A stretch of DNA of 64,000 nt, from assembly GCA_016707005.1 (NCBI GenBank), contig JADJIQ010000005.1, forward strand, positions 460,585-524,584, read 5' to 3'. The translations under genes were made by a program, and so were the position numbers. The notes below the pieces were generated by a model that saw only the letters and a program-made list of their open reading frames with translations, made no database searches and was not told where the DNA came from. The stretch's first letter is position 1. Each line of letters starts with the position of its first letter. Shown here piece by piece: positions 1-9,464 of the stretch. This stretch comes from Ignavibacteria bacterium. Its GTDB lineage: Bacteria; Bacteroidota; Ignavibacteria; Kapaibacteriales; Kapaibacteriaceae.

Positions 1-455
1 GCCCTATCGATGAGTGCCTCGCGGATAGCCGGCGTCATCGTAAACGGAAGCCCTGACTTGTACGAGAGGGATGTCACCAATTCCAAGACATCCATGCTCA
101 CCGAACTCTCGACTGCATCCGTCATCCCTACCTTGTCAAAGACAAAGGGGGCAATACCAAACACCACAACACAGATAACGAGGAAGAGGCGAGACGGCAC
201 CGGACGAGACGCCCGTTTACCCTCCAAATAGTCCCTTGTGAGCCGTCCGGGATACACCATCAGATCTACAAAGGCCGTCCAGATCTTCCCGTCGATCGAG
301 AGGAAGTCGTAGGAGATGTCAACAAGATATTCCTTGAAGGTCTGGCCATGGATATCGCGCTCCTGTCCGCAGGAAGCGCAGAATGAACCCGATCCTGTAG
401 CTCCGCAATTGAGGCATTCTGCCACTTCGTCAGGTCCTAACCGCATTTCTGACAT
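1..455 (-). CDS. Partial CDS whose 3' end runs off the window. The N-terminus has a zinc-ribbon-like C-x2-C...C-x2-C motif (MSEMRLGPDEVAECLNCGATGSGSFCASCGQE...) followed by a hydrophobic segment, resembling DUF3667-type membrane proteins.
   Basis: I translated the minus strand by hand. ATG lies at 453-455, divergent from hsp20, and the frame stays open to position 1. The CxxC...CxxC motif is followed by LFLVICVVVFGIAPFVF. It is missing from the ORF track because no stop falls in the window. Confidence 0.45.
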   Translation of the reverse strand, partial: MSEMRLGPDEVAECLNCGATGSGSFCASCGQERDIHGQTFKEYLVDISYDFLSIDGKIWTAFVDLMVYPGRLTRDYLEGKRASRPVPSRLFLVICVVVFGIAPFVFDKVGMTDAVESSVSMDVLELVTSLSYKSGLPFTMTPAIREALIDR

Positions 456-593
456 ATGTTTAGTCCGATTTACCGCCGTTTTGACAGACCTACCGGTTTG
501 GCACAGTTTTCCATGGGGAACGGCAGCACAGATATGCCCCCTTTCAACAGGCACTTCACAATGTACTCAACCAAACGTTTCAGGAGACCAGCC

Positions 594-1034
594 ATGACAA
601 TGATCAAGGTTGACCCGTTTCGCAGCTTCGACACAGTTGTACGCAGAATGGGCGATGTATTCGACGATATCCAACGCGGCGGCATTCGATTTGAAGTTGG
701 GGAGTTCAGCCCGCGAGTTGATGTGTCCAACAACGCTGACGGCCTTACAATCCACGCCGAGCTTCCCGGAATGGAAAAGAACGACGTGAAGATCACGATC
801 ACCGACGGCAACGTTCTTACCATCCGCGGTGAGAAGAAGCGTGAAGAACATCACGAAGAGAAGAACTATATGCGCGTTGAACGCAGCTTTGGCACATTCG
901 CACGGTCATTCACCTTGCCTGATAGCATGCGAACGAACTCGGTGAATGCAAGCTTTGAGAACGGCGTTCTCACGATCACGATCCCGAAAGAAGAACCTCT
1001 TGCTCCGCAGGAGCAAGAGATCACCATTCAGTAA
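594..1034 (+). CDS. Small heat-shock protein of the Hsp20/alpha-crystallin family.
   Basis: The alpha-crystallin domain signature GVLTITIPK is present near the C-terminus. The internal ATG at 594 (MTMIKVDPF...) gives a typical ~146 aa sHSP. The upstream part of the 456..1034 ORF is probably leader. It sits immediately upstream of dnaK. Confidence 0.85.
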   Translation: MTMIKVDPFRSFDTVVRRMGDVFDDIQRGGIRFEVGEFSPRVDVSNNADGLTIHAELPGMEKNDVKITITDGNVLTIRGEKKREEHHEEKNYMRVERSFGTFARSFTLPDSMRTNSVNASFENGVLTITIPKEEPLAPQEQEITIQ

Positions 1035-1068
1035 TTGAACAACACACTAGACCACACAAGGAACCTCA

Positions 1069-2976
1069 ATGGGTAAGATCATTGGAATTGACCTCGGCAC
1101 AACGAACTCGTGCGTAGCCGTGATGGAAGGAACAACTCCGGTTGTGATCGCGAATGTCGAAGGCATGCGCACCACACCGTCAGTAGTTGCCTTCACAAAG
1201 AGCGGCGAACGCCTCGTTGGCCAGTCTGCCAAACGTCAAAGCGTTACGAATCCGAAGAACACCGTGTATTCGATCAAGCGCTTTATGGGACGTCAGATGT
1301 CCGAAGTGTCGGACGAAGCCAAGAGTGTTCCGTATGCAGTTGTAGCCGGAGACAACAACACGGCGCGCGTTGACATCGACGGACGACTCTATTCGCCCCC
1401 TGAGATCTCGGCGATGACGCTCCAGAAGATGAAGCAGACCGCCGAAGACTATTTGGGCGAGAAGATCACAGAAGCTGTGATCACTGTTCCCGCATACTTC
1501 AACGATGCACAACGTCAGGCAACCAAGGACGCCGGCGAGATCGCAGGCCTTACTGTCCGACGCATCATCAATGAACCAACAGCAGCTGCCCTTGCCTATG
1601 GCCTCGACAAAAAGGGTCAGAACCAAGTTGTAGCAGTTTACGACCTCGGCGGCGGCACGTTCGACATCTCCATCCTGGAGATCGGCGACGGTGTGTTTGA
1701 AGTGAAGTCAACCAATGGTGACACACACCTTGGCGGCGACAACTTCGACCAGCGCATCATCGACTTCCTTGCCGACGAATTCCAGAAGCAAGAAGGCATC
1801 GATCTTCGCAAGGATCCAATGGCACTCCAACGTCTGCGCGAAGCAGCAGAGAAGGCCAAGATCGAACTCTCGCAGATGCTGCAGACCGATGTGAACCTTC
1901 CGTTCATCACCGCAACAGCAGACGGTCCGAAGCACCTCAACATCAACATCACTCGTGCTCGTTTTGAGCAGATGTGTGTTGATCTCTTCGACCGTTCCCT
2001 CAAGCCATGCGAAGGCGCTTTGAAAGATGCCAAGCTCACCCCGTCACAGATCGATGAAGTGATCTTGGTAGGGGGCTCCACACGCATCCCAAAGATCCAA
2101 GAACTCGTGAAGAATTTCTTCGGCAAGGAACCAAACAAGGGTGTAAACCCCGATGAAGTGGTTGCCGTAGGTGCTGCCATCCAAGGTGGCGTACTCTCCG
2201 GTGATGTGAAGGATGTGCTTCTCCTCGATGTTACACCGCTTTCGCTCGGTATCGAGACAATGGGCGGCGTGATGACACCGATGATCCAAGCCAACACCAC
2301 CATCCCGCACCGCAAGACAGAGACCTTCTCCACGGCATCGGACAACCAGCCGTCGGTTGAGATCCACATCCTGCAGGGCGAGCGCTCCATGGCTGCGGAT
2401 AACAAGACACTTGGCAAGTTCCACCTCGACGGAATTCCGCCGGCTCCGCGCGGTATCCCGCAGGTTGAGGTAACATTCGATATCGACGCCAACGGCATCC
2501 TTAGCGTAACTGCGAAGGACAAGGCATCGAACAAGGAACAGAACATCCGCATCACCGGCTCAAGCGGTCTGGACAAGAACGAAGTTGAACAGATGAAGCG
2601 CGACGCTCAAGACCACGCTGCAGAAGACAAGAAGCGCAAGGAAGAGATCGAGATCCGCAACCAAGCCGATCAATTGGTCTACAGCACAGAGAAGCAGTTG
2701 AAGGAATTCGACGAGAAGCTCGATGCCGACACCAAGGATCGTATCAACAAAGCCAAGGATCGTCTCGCAGACGCCGCCAAGAACAATGCCGCCGACATCC
2801 GTCCGGCAATGGATGCCCTCAACCAGATCTGGAGCGAAGCCTCCACAAAGATGTACGAGCAAGCATCCCAAGCCACACCACCAGACGGCGATCAACCAAC
2901 TGACGGCGCAGCCCCTGGCGAACCAGACGGAAACAAGGTTGAGGATGCGGACTATACGATCGTTGACGAGAAGTGA
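1069..2976 (+). CDS. dnaK: Molecular chaperone DnaK (Hsp70).
   Basis: The canonical Hsp70 N-terminus [14 protein letters not shown] is present, along with the DLGGGTFD and [15 protein letters not shown] motifs. Length is 635 aa. Confidence 0.97.
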   Translation: MGKIIGIDLGTTNSCVAVMEGTTPVVIANVEGMRTTPSVVAFTKSGERLVGQSAKRQSVTNPKNTVYSIKRFMGRQMSEVSDEAKSVPYAVVAGDNNTARVDIDGRLYSPPEISAMTLQKMKQTAEDYLGEKITEAVITVPAYFNDAQRQATKDAGEIAGLTVRRIINEPTAAALAYGLDKKGQNQVVAVYDLGGGTFDISILEIGDGVFEVKSTNGDTHLGGDNFDQRIIDFLADEFQKQEGIDLRKDPMALQRLREAAEKAKIELSQMLQTDVNLPFITATADGPKHLNINITRARFEQMCVDLFDRSLKPCEGALKDAKLTPSQIDEVILVGGSTRIPKIQELVKNFFGKEPNKGVNPDEVVAVGAAIQGGVLSGDVKDVLLLDVTPLSLGIETMGGVMTPMIQANTTIPHRKTETFSTASDNQPSVEIHILQGERSMAADNKTLGKFHLDGIPPAPRGIPQVEVTFDIDANGILSVTAKDKASNKEQNIRITGSSGLDKNEVEQMKRDAQDHAAEDKKRKEEIEIRNQADQLVYSTEKQLKEFDEKLDADTKDRINKAKDRLADAAKNNAADIRPAMDALNQIWSEASTKMYEQASQATPPDGDQPTDGAAPGEPDGNKVEDADYTIVDEK

Positions 2977-2979
2977 TTC

Positions 2980-3055
2980 GCGAATAGCGAATAGCGAATA
3001 GCGAATAGCGAATAGCGAATAGCGAATAGCGAATAGCGAATAGCGAATAGCGAAT
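2980..3055. repeat. Tandem heptamer array (GCGAATA) of about 11 copies, immediately after the dnaK stop.
   Basis: The sequence shows the perfect tandem run gcgaatagcgaatagcgaata.... The same heptamer appears in both orientations at 58595-58745. Confidence 0.9.
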
Positions 3056-3062
3056 TCTAAGG

Positions 3063-3098
3063 AGCCTGTGTTGGAGAGATCCGGCACAGGCTTTTTTT
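3063..3098 (+). terminator. Rho-independent terminator downstream of dnaK.
   Basis: A hairpin gcctgtg...cacaggc is followed by ttttttt. Confidence 0.6.
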
Positions 3099-3109
3099 AT
3101 GTAGAAGCA

Positions 3110-4063
3110 TCACTTTGTATGAACCCATCCGAATGCGCGTTGAATGGCGGCATCATATCGTTGCGGATCGGAATCCCTGAGACCTACGTGGCCTGCGTTA
3201 GGGAATACAACGAATTCTCGTTGATACGGCGATGGCGACATTGCCTGTGCAATGCGTTCACCATGAGCAAGTGGGACACGTTCATCCATGGATCCATGGA
3301 GAACGAGGAGGTGGCACTTCAGTTGATGAACAACATTCATTGGGGCTATTGAGACAGGCTCAATGCCTAAGATCTCGCAACTCCGGTCTAAAGCCCACGT
3401 GCCAACGAACGGGATACGATACCCTGTTTTCGATTTCACGAGGTCATCAGTAAGACTCCACACGTCTGAATATCCACTTTCCTCAATAACGAGATCCACG
3501 ATGCGATGATCGGATCGTCCATCTAGATCCGCAGCTAGGATCGCGGTTACAGCACCCATGGAATTCCCCCACAATATCACAGGACGATTCTCCGGAAGCG
3601 GCTTTAACGATCTCATGATCGTGAGAAGATCCATACTCTCTCGATATCCATAACTGCAGGTGCTTCCACTGGATCTGCCATGACCTCGTTGATCGAACAT
3701 TACTACCTCAAAGCCCTGCTCTAGAGACCAAGCCGCAGCACCAAGGCCCCCTTCCTTTTGACTGGCGATACCATGAACAACTATGACTCGCCCCACAGGC
3801 TCGCTTTCTATCGGTCTGAGCAATCGAATCTCAAGAATAGTGGAATCATCTGTCCGTAAAACAAATGTCGAATCGAATCTCGATTCAGGAAGTGCCGCTT
3901 CTGCTTGTGCTATCCATGTTGCCATCGCAACAGAGTCAGGCCTCATTGGGTGAACGATTCCCCATGGTAGTTCATTAACAGCATATGAATGGAGTTGAAA
4001 CACCCCATAACCAATGAAGGCAACAATGATCCCGGCTATAGTGATGGCAGTTTTGTGTTTCAT
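3110..4063 (-). CDS. Membrane-anchored alpha/beta-fold hydrolase.
   Basis: A GNSMGA nucleophile elbow (GxSxG) is present with HG and FDQRGHGRSSG motifs and an N-terminal TM helix. Start is placed at MKHKTAI (4063). The upstream extension of ORF 3110..4210 is a translation of the 8-mer repeat array. Confidence 0.8.
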   Translation of the reverse strand: MKHKTAITIAGIIVAFIGYGVFQLHSYAVNELPWGIVHPMRPDSVAMATWIAQAEAALPESRFDSTFVLRTDDSTILEIRLLRPIESEPVGRVIVVHGIASQKEGGLGAAAWSLEQGFEVVMFDQRGHGRSSGSTCSYGYRESMDLLTIMRSLKPLPENRPVILWGNSMGAVTAILAADLDGRSDHRIVDLVIEESGYSDVWSLTDDLVKSKTGYRIPFVGTWALDRSCEILGIEPVSIAPMNVVHQLKCHLLVLHGSMDERVPLAHGERIAQAMSPSPYQREFVVFPNAGHVGLRDSDPQRYDAAIQRAFGWVHTK

Positions 4064-4109
4064 AGAAGTCCAATATGCTACTAGAAATCCACGAAATCTG
4101 CCATGAACC

Positions 4110-4152
4110 CCGTAACTCTGTAACTCCGTATCTCCGTATCTCCGTATCTCTG
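4110..4152. repeat. Tandem octamer array of CCGTAACT/CCGTATCT-type units, about 5 copies.
   Basis: The sequence reads ccgtaactctgtaactccgtatctccgtatctccgtatctctg. It lies between the hydrolase start and the next gene. Confidence 0.8.
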
Positions 4153-4235
4153 TTAAGGTTTTGTCAAGGTGCACCTGAGTTCCCAACCCCCGATGTTCAT
4201 GTAGCAACATCTGTTCACACTCTCTTGGTAATGGT

Positions 4236-6266
4236 ATGAATCAGTCGGTACGGTTGGTGATTTGTGTTTGTGCATTCGTTCTTGGGATGATCTCTCTTGG
4301 CGCACAAACGAATGATACTTTGGTTTACTTAAATATGTACCGAGTTTTTGAGTATGATTTTCGAATTGAGAAGGTGCGGATGAACTTTGCATATGTCGAC
4401 AGTACGTTCATTTTTGGACTTTATGATGATGGGACCATCTTGTCCGGTCCGGCAGATGCTCGGGTTCAACGAACGTTACTCTCTCCAACTGCCTCGGTCT
4501 TCGTACCGGATACTGACACGCTCCTTGCCCTAGATTGTGGCGGTCTGTGGCTTCTGCCTATTGGATCCGATGAGCCCCGTACTCGCATCATGACCGTTTC
4601 AACAGACAGCAGGTTTGTGACGGCGATCGATCATGGTTTTGCATTGAGACGTGGGGGCAAGGTCTATGTCCACCACGGGTACGCTTCAGAACCGAGTGAT
4701 TCAATTGAACATCCGGAGACCGATGACTATTGGTCTGTTAGTGCAGACGGGAAGAGATCTGCATCATGGGGGTTGGGGCCTACACCGGCAACCGTGCAGT
4801 GGTCTGTAGGTGATGTAGAAACTGTTGATCTGTCTACCAATGGATACACGAGATGTGCTGTGCTGTCGGATTCCGTGATCGCAGCCTGGAATTCGAACCT
4901 GTTTATCTCCCGCGACCGCGGGCTTACATGGCACCACTACAGAGCACCGGAGATCGATCCATCATTGCCAGCCGAGGAGATTACCTATCGATCGTTCCGC
5001 AGCATTGAAGTGAGAGGCACGGATATCTATGTGGGGTTTGTGCCGGAAAAGCTAACCGAGATGTATCACTACTTCTCTTCTGATCTTGGCCTCACATGGC
5101 GGAGATACACTCCTGCAACAGCGCCCGTCCACAACAATGCCATTCCATACAGGGCCGGCATTGCCTCTCCTCGCAATGCTGCAGGCGTCCGATTAGTTAC
5201 CGATACAGATGGTACACGCATCGTAGAATCATTGTGTGAGATTCATGAAGCTGAAGGTGCCTGGAATGAGTACTCCATCGTGGAGCAGCGCGTGTCCGTA
5301 ACGGACACACTCTATACCTGGAGCCACACACTTGACTCCTGCATTGCCTTTGACCCGGGTGCAGACAGCACAACGTCATGGATTTGGTTCAACAATGGGA
5401 TACTCCTTACGAAACAACACTCTGAAACCATCTTCACTGAACGTGCCCTCCCAACTAGCCCCCTTCTCTCATGTTGGGTAGTTGATTCTGTAACAGCGAT
5501 CATCAAGGGTGAGGAAGGGGCGTATGTAACACATGACGCAGGAGCAACGTGGACGGCAGATTCCACCTATGATGGACTGCTTGCCTTTACGCCACTTATG
5601 AACGAAACACAACTCAGTCTCTGGCGCACGGCAACTGCCGGACTTGAGATCCGCTCATCGGATTCGATCTCACCGAATGGCACTCTTGTTGCCAGCCTTC
5701 CCAATACCGAAGCATCACAATTCATGATATCCAGGAATGGGGCTTCTGGTTGTGTGGTTCAGGCCGTAGGCGGTTCTGAATGGACCAGTCTTTCCATCGA
5801 GAACTTCACAGATCCAGGGTCGAACGAGCAGTTCTCAGACCACATGGTCCGATTCGCAGACAGCCTCACATCCAGATTGGCCACCGGACCGCAGCTCAAT
5901 GAAACAACCATCATCCCTCGGATCCACGAAGAACATGGATGGGTATTTGGAATCTCAAACGACGCCGAAGTCGGACTTCGGCAATACGCCATCCCCGTAG
6001 GAGTATCTGAATCAACTTCTATAGAGTCAGCATTGTCCATCTTCCCCAACCCAGCAAAAGACCTGTGTGTTATACGGTCCACGGACGGTACAGAGATCAC
6101 ATCGATACAGGTGTATTCTTCGATTGGCACCCTTGTGCTTTCTCAAACTCCTAACGGTTCGGAAGCACAACTTGACACCTCCACTCTTCCGGCTGGTGTA
6201 TACCACCTCTCCGTCATCGGTCCGGTCATCGGGCACACCTCCTCCCGAATCTGCGTAACCCCGTAA
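4236..6266 (+). CDS. Secreted protein with BNR/Asp-box repeats (glycosidase-like or Ycf48-like beta-propeller) and a T9SS C-terminal sorting domain.
   Basis: It has a signal peptide and Asp-box motifs (SRDRGLTW, SSDLGLTW, HDAGATW). The C-terminus (SIFPNPAKD...GVYHLSVI...) matches the Por-secretion tail pattern. Confidence 0.75.
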   Translation: MNQSVRLVICVCAFVLGMISLGAQTNDTLVYLNMYRVFEYDFRIEKVRMNFAYVDSTFIFGLYDDGTILSGPADARVQRTLLSPTASVFVPDTDTLLALDCGGLWLLPIGSDEPRTRIMTVSTDSRFVTAIDHGFALRRGGKVYVHHGYASEPSDSIEHPETDDYWSVSADGKRSASWGLGPTPATVQWSVGDVETVDLSTNGYTRCAVLSDSVIAAWNSNLFISRDRGLTWHHYRAPEIDPSLPAEEITYRSFRSIEVRGTDIYVGFVPEKLTEMYHYFSSDLGLTWRRYTPATAPVHNNAIPYRAGIASPRNAAGVRLVTDTDGTRIVESLCEIHEAEGAWNEYSIVEQRVSVTDTLYTWSHTLDSCIAFDPGADSTTSWIWFNNGILLTKQHSETIFTERALPTSPLLSCWVVDSVTAIIKGEEGAYVTHDAGATWTADSTYDGLLAFTPLMNETQLSLWRTATAGLEIRSSDSISPNGTLVASLPNTEASQFMISRNGASGCVVQAVGGSEWTSLSIENFTDPGSNEQFSDHMVRFADSLTSRLATGPQLNETTIIPRIHEEHGWVFGISNDAEVGLRQYAIPVGVSESTSIESALSIFPNPAKDLCVIRSTDGTEITSIQVYSSIGTLVLSQTPNGSEAQLDTSTLPAGVYHLSVIGPVIGHTSSRICVTP

Positions 6267-6423
6267 CCATGTAACCCCGTAACCATGTAACACCGTAACC
6301 ATGTAACACCGTAACCCCGCCACATCCCAACACCGGGCGAGGCGGGGCCTCGCCCCTACGCCGTAACCCCGTAACCATGTAACCCCGTATCTCCGTATCT
6401 CCGTATCTCGGTATCTTCCCGAT
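6267..6423. repeat. Octamer tandem repeat array (CCGTAACC/ATGTAACA/CCGTATCT units) with an embedded GC-rich hairpin.
   Basis: About 16 octamer units flank the perfect 9-bp palindrome gggcgaggc-ggg-gcctcgccc at 6339-6359, which is terminator-like for the upstream plus-strand gene. Confidence 0.85.
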
Positions 6424-7452
6424 ATGGCTACTACCCGTACGCGCGTTGTTGAACTCTCTGAGCACACACCTGCCCAGGTGATGCTTTTTGGACTGATGTC
6501 TATCACGTGTTCCGTCCTGCTGTTCACGCTTGTGGCGGCGCCGGCAATGGATGCATTCTTCGCTGCGTTTCTCCGAAGTGACGTGATCCGTGATGGGTCT
6601 CAGGTAACGTATCGGATAGCGGAGAACCGCGACGATGAGGTTGTCACAACCGGCACCTTCTCTACGTGGGCACTGGTCGATCCACGCGAACGTAAGACGA
6701 TCGATGCAGCACGCGCCACGGTACCTGCAGGCACATCAACAGCCCGGTATCATGCAGAATATGTCTTCACTCCGGCCGTTGCTCTAGCACCATTGGTGAT
6801 CGTAGGGGGCTTTGTGATCGCGGCCCTTCTCACAACGTTGTTCGGTGGCTTGGCCGGATTTGTCCGCCAGAAGATCGAACGCGAAGTGCTCAACGCCATG
6901 GATAGGCTTGCCATCAGCCAATACGGCGATCACACGCCGGAGGAGATCAAGTCCATCACACGCGACATCCTGAATGCTGATCTGCGAAGACTACATGATC
7001 TGGCGGACTCATATGAGATTCCGTTCTTCGATCTTGAGATGTTGCGTAATGCCCTTCGGTGGCGCGATTCAAAAGGTCTCACGCGGCTGATGCGCACACA
7101 TGACGCCATCAAGTTCTACATGCGCGAGTATTTTACCGACCGTTACAGTAATGCTGTTCTTGGTTTGGTCTACATCGGCGCAGCCATCCTCATCATCGTC
7201 ATCGGCATACGTGGTTTGAAGTTCCTCCCGGCAACGGATCCCTCGGTTGTCCTTGGTGCTCTTGGCCTTGAGTTCATGCTGCTCATCACATATGCGATGG
7301 TGCTCATGTATGGTCGGACGGAAGAAGATGTAGCAGATGCCCATCGCGAATCCCGTGGCCATGGAAGTGCAACGGATGCCGACGCGGAGCATCTGCTTCG
7401 CGCGTTCCTGGCCGTGCCTCGTGCGTCCAAAGACGAAGGGGAGCGTAAATGA
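6424..7452 (+). CDS. Hypothetical integral membrane protein with about 4 TM helices.
   Basis: Hydrophobic helices VMLFGLMSITCSVLLFTLVAAP, LAPLVIVGGFVIAALLTTLFGGLAGF, LGLVYIGAAILIIVIGI and VVLGALGLEFMLLITYAMVL are present. Its stop overlaps the next gene's start (ATGA). Confidence 0.6.
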   Translation: MATTRTRVVELSEHTPAQVMLFGLMSITCSVLLFTLVAAPAMDAFFAAFLRSDVIRDGSQVTYRIAENRDDEVVTTGTFSTWALVDPRERKTIDAARATVPAGTSTARYHAEYVFTPAVALAPLVIVGGFVIAALLTTLFGGLAGFVRQKIEREVLNAMDRLAISQYGDHTPEEIKSITRDILNADLRRLHDLADSYEIPFFDLEMLRNALRWRDSKGLTRLMRTHDAIKFYMREYFTDRYSNAVLGLVYIGAAILIIVIGIRGLKFLPATDPSVVLGALGLEFMLLITYAMVLMYGRTEEDVADAHRESRGHGSATDADAEHLLRAFLAVPRASKDEGERK

Positions 7453-9443
7453 TCGCGGTTCCTGCCGGACGTGAGAACGTATGTTCTGCTCTTACCAAAC
7501 GTATCGATGCATGGAGCACGGGCTCAGGCGGCGTAGTGGTGATCTCAGCTGAACCGGGCATGGGCAAGACAACCCTGCTCGATTGGATGGAATCAAAACT
7601 TGCCAGTGATCACCCTGGCGTTGTTGTCCGCGTTGATTGCCGTCCTCCTATTGGCGCTATCAATACAAGCGCCATACAGCCCCTTCAACCGTTCGGGGCA
7701 GCAATTGAGAAACTCTATCTTCAATCTGGTCAAGCAGCACGCAAACGTCTTGCCGTGAACATCGGCATGAGCGTTCTGGCTTCCATCCCTATCGCCGGCG
7801 ATCTGTTCTACGCGGTTAAGGCCATCTCGCAGGATGTGAACGAATACAAGCGCGAAACGGCTGCGATGCAGGAGAAGAAACGTTCTGCTGTAGCGGAATG
7901 TGTGACCACTCTTCGCACTATCGCCGAGAAGTCGCCGTTCATTCTTCTGGTCGACGAAGCCCAATGGTCGGATTCGCAAAGTGTAGAGGTTATCCGCCAG
8001 CTCGTGAACACCCTGGGCTCAACGCCGCTGTTGATCGTCTGGTGCGTGTCACCTTCCATGGCACAACGGTCCAATCTTCCGTTATCCATGTTGCTTCGCT
8101 CCGATGACATGCGTGCAGCAACGATCAACCTAGAGCCGATCGGGCAGGAACATGTGGCCGCTGTTGTTCAACAGATACTCCCGACTGCACAGATACCCGA
8201 CACTGTCCTCAAGACCATTTTCGATCGCTCGGGAGGCAACCCGGGTATCGTGACCGAATATGCTCGATTCCTGCAGGGGGCTGGCCATCTCCGCCCGGAT
8301 GGGACGATCGATGAGCATGTGTTTGACTCGATCAAGATCGACAGTACGGATCACCCTGCAACGGATGTGATCCTGCGCGACATCACAGAAGACGATGCCG
8401 TCCTCCTCTCTCTCTGTGCAGCAGAGGGTCAGGAATTCACGGCGTTTCTGCAAGCAGCACTCTCAAACACTGATGTGCTGTCGATGATCCGCTCGCTTCG
8501 GCGACTACAACGAACCACCGGACTCATCCGCAGTATTGGCACCCGCGCGCGCTATGGCGTTAAGACCACAGCGTACGAATTCGAACAGAGCTTCCCGTAT
8601 ACCTACTTCCTGCACCGTCCGGAATACGAAGAGCGCAAGAACATCCATCAGCGTATTGCCGAGATCTTGTCGCGAGAATATGCGTCAACACAGATCGATG
8701 AGTTACGCGGACAACTTGCTGCGCACATCGCAGCACATGGCGCAGAAGCAGAGGACAACGTCATGGTAGAGCGTATGCTCACCGTGATGGCTGATGAAGC
8801 TGAACGTTCTGGTTCGCACGACATCGCCTCATACATCCACTCAGAAGTCCTGCCACCATATGCTGGACTGATGAGCAGCGCCGCTGTAAAGGGTGTGGAC
8901 GTCAAAACAGGTGAAGATGATGCGGAAAGTGATGGATCTGCCTACTCAACCGGTCAGCCCCTTCCCGTTGTTGTTCGAGAGATCTCGGATGCCATCGTGC
9001 AAGGTAGGGCCAATGAGGCGCGAACGGCAGCCATCAGAACGTTGGAGACACACGGTGGACTCTCTCGTCACGAACGCGTATTGCTGACGTGTCTTGCTGC
9101 ACGTGCATGTGTGGATCTTGGGATGCTTGATGATGCCGATACCTTCATGCGATCTGTGGCTTCTCTTTCCGACGTCTCTCCGTCAGATCACTGCTACATG
9201 AAGAACGTAGAGGGGGCTATCGAGCTCGCTCGTGGTAATAGTGCCGCTGCCTCTACCTGTTTTCATGAAGCTGCACGCCTTGCCGAGAATCTCCCGGTCA
9301 ACGTGCGCGTGATGACGCTTGGCAATATCATTCTGCATCTGCGTGCAGCCAATGATCGATCCGTTGATCGATATGAACACACTGTGCGCCGTCTTGCATC
9401 CGTGCATGGCTGGCCCGGTGTTCGCGCAGATCTTGGTCTTTGA
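7449..9443 (+). CDS. P-loop NTPase of the AAA_16/STAND class with a C-terminal TPR-like helical region.
   Basis: It carries Walker A (GEPGMGKTTLL), Walker B-like (ILLVDEAQWSD) and a GGNPGIV motif analogous to GNPLF in AAA_16. It is translationally coupled to the upstream membrane protein. Confidence 0.7.
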   Translation: MIAVPAGRENVCSALTKRIDAWSTGSGGVVVISAEPGMGKTTLLDWMESKLASDHPGVVVRVDCRPPIGAINTSAIQPLQPFGAAIEKLYLQSGQAARKRLAVNIGMSVLASIPIAGDLFYAVKAISQDVNEYKRETAAMQEKKRSAVAECVTTLRTIAEKSPFILLVDEAQWSDSQSVEVIRQLVNTLGSTPLLIVWCVSPSMAQRSNLPLSMLLRSDDMRAATINLEPIGQEHVAAVVQQILPTAQIPDTVLKTIFDRSGGNPGIVTEYARFLQGAGHLRPDGTIDEHVFDSIKIDSTDHPATDVILRDITEDDAVLLSLCAAEGQEFTAFLQAALSNTDVLSMIRSLRRLQRTTGLIRSIGTRARYGVKTTAYEFEQSFPYTYFLHRPEYEERKNIHQRIAEILSREYASTQIDELRGQLAAHIAAHGAEAEDNVMVERMLTVMADEAERSGSHDIASYIHSEVLPPYAGLMSSAAVKGVDVKTGEDDAESDGSAYSTGQPLPVVVREISDAIVQGRANEARTAAIRTLETHGGLSRHERVLLTCLAARACVDLGMLDDADTFMRSVASLSDVSPSDHCYMKNVEGAIELARGNSAAASTCFHEAARLAENLPVNVRVMTLGNIILHLRAANDRSVDRYEHTVRRLASVHGWPGVRADLGL

Positions 9444-9464
9444 ACGATAATCTTTGAGTTCTCT

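Noticed and set aside
10-231. A plus-strand 73-aa ORF at the window start.
   Set aside because: It is a low-complexity Thr/Ser/Lys-rich peptide antisense to the better-supported zinc-ribbon/membrane protein gene on the minus strand.
470-500. A sigma-54-like TGGCAC-N5-TTGC promoter upstream of hsp20.
   Set aside because: The -24 element TGGCAC is present, but the -12 element reads TCCAT rather than TTGCA/W. The match is insufficient.
1638-2576. A 312-aa minus-strand ORF.
   Set aside because: It lies entirely antisense within dnaK, which has unmistakable Hsp70 motifs. It is a typical spurious antisense ORF in GC-rich coding sequence.
2560-3087. A 175-aa minus-strand ORF containing FAIRYSLFAIRYSL repeats.
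   Set aside because: It is antisense to the dnaK 3' end and extends through the GCGAATA heptamer array. The repeated peptide is an artefact of translating the tandem repeat.
6027-6527. Minus-strand ORFs (166, 79 and 60 aa) spanning 6027-6527 with repetitive RYGVTWLRGY peptides.
   Set aside because: They are translations of the octamer tandem-repeat array (CCGTAACC/CCGTATCT) and overlap the true genes on the other strand. The repeat periodicity is not a multiple of 3 in a conserved way.
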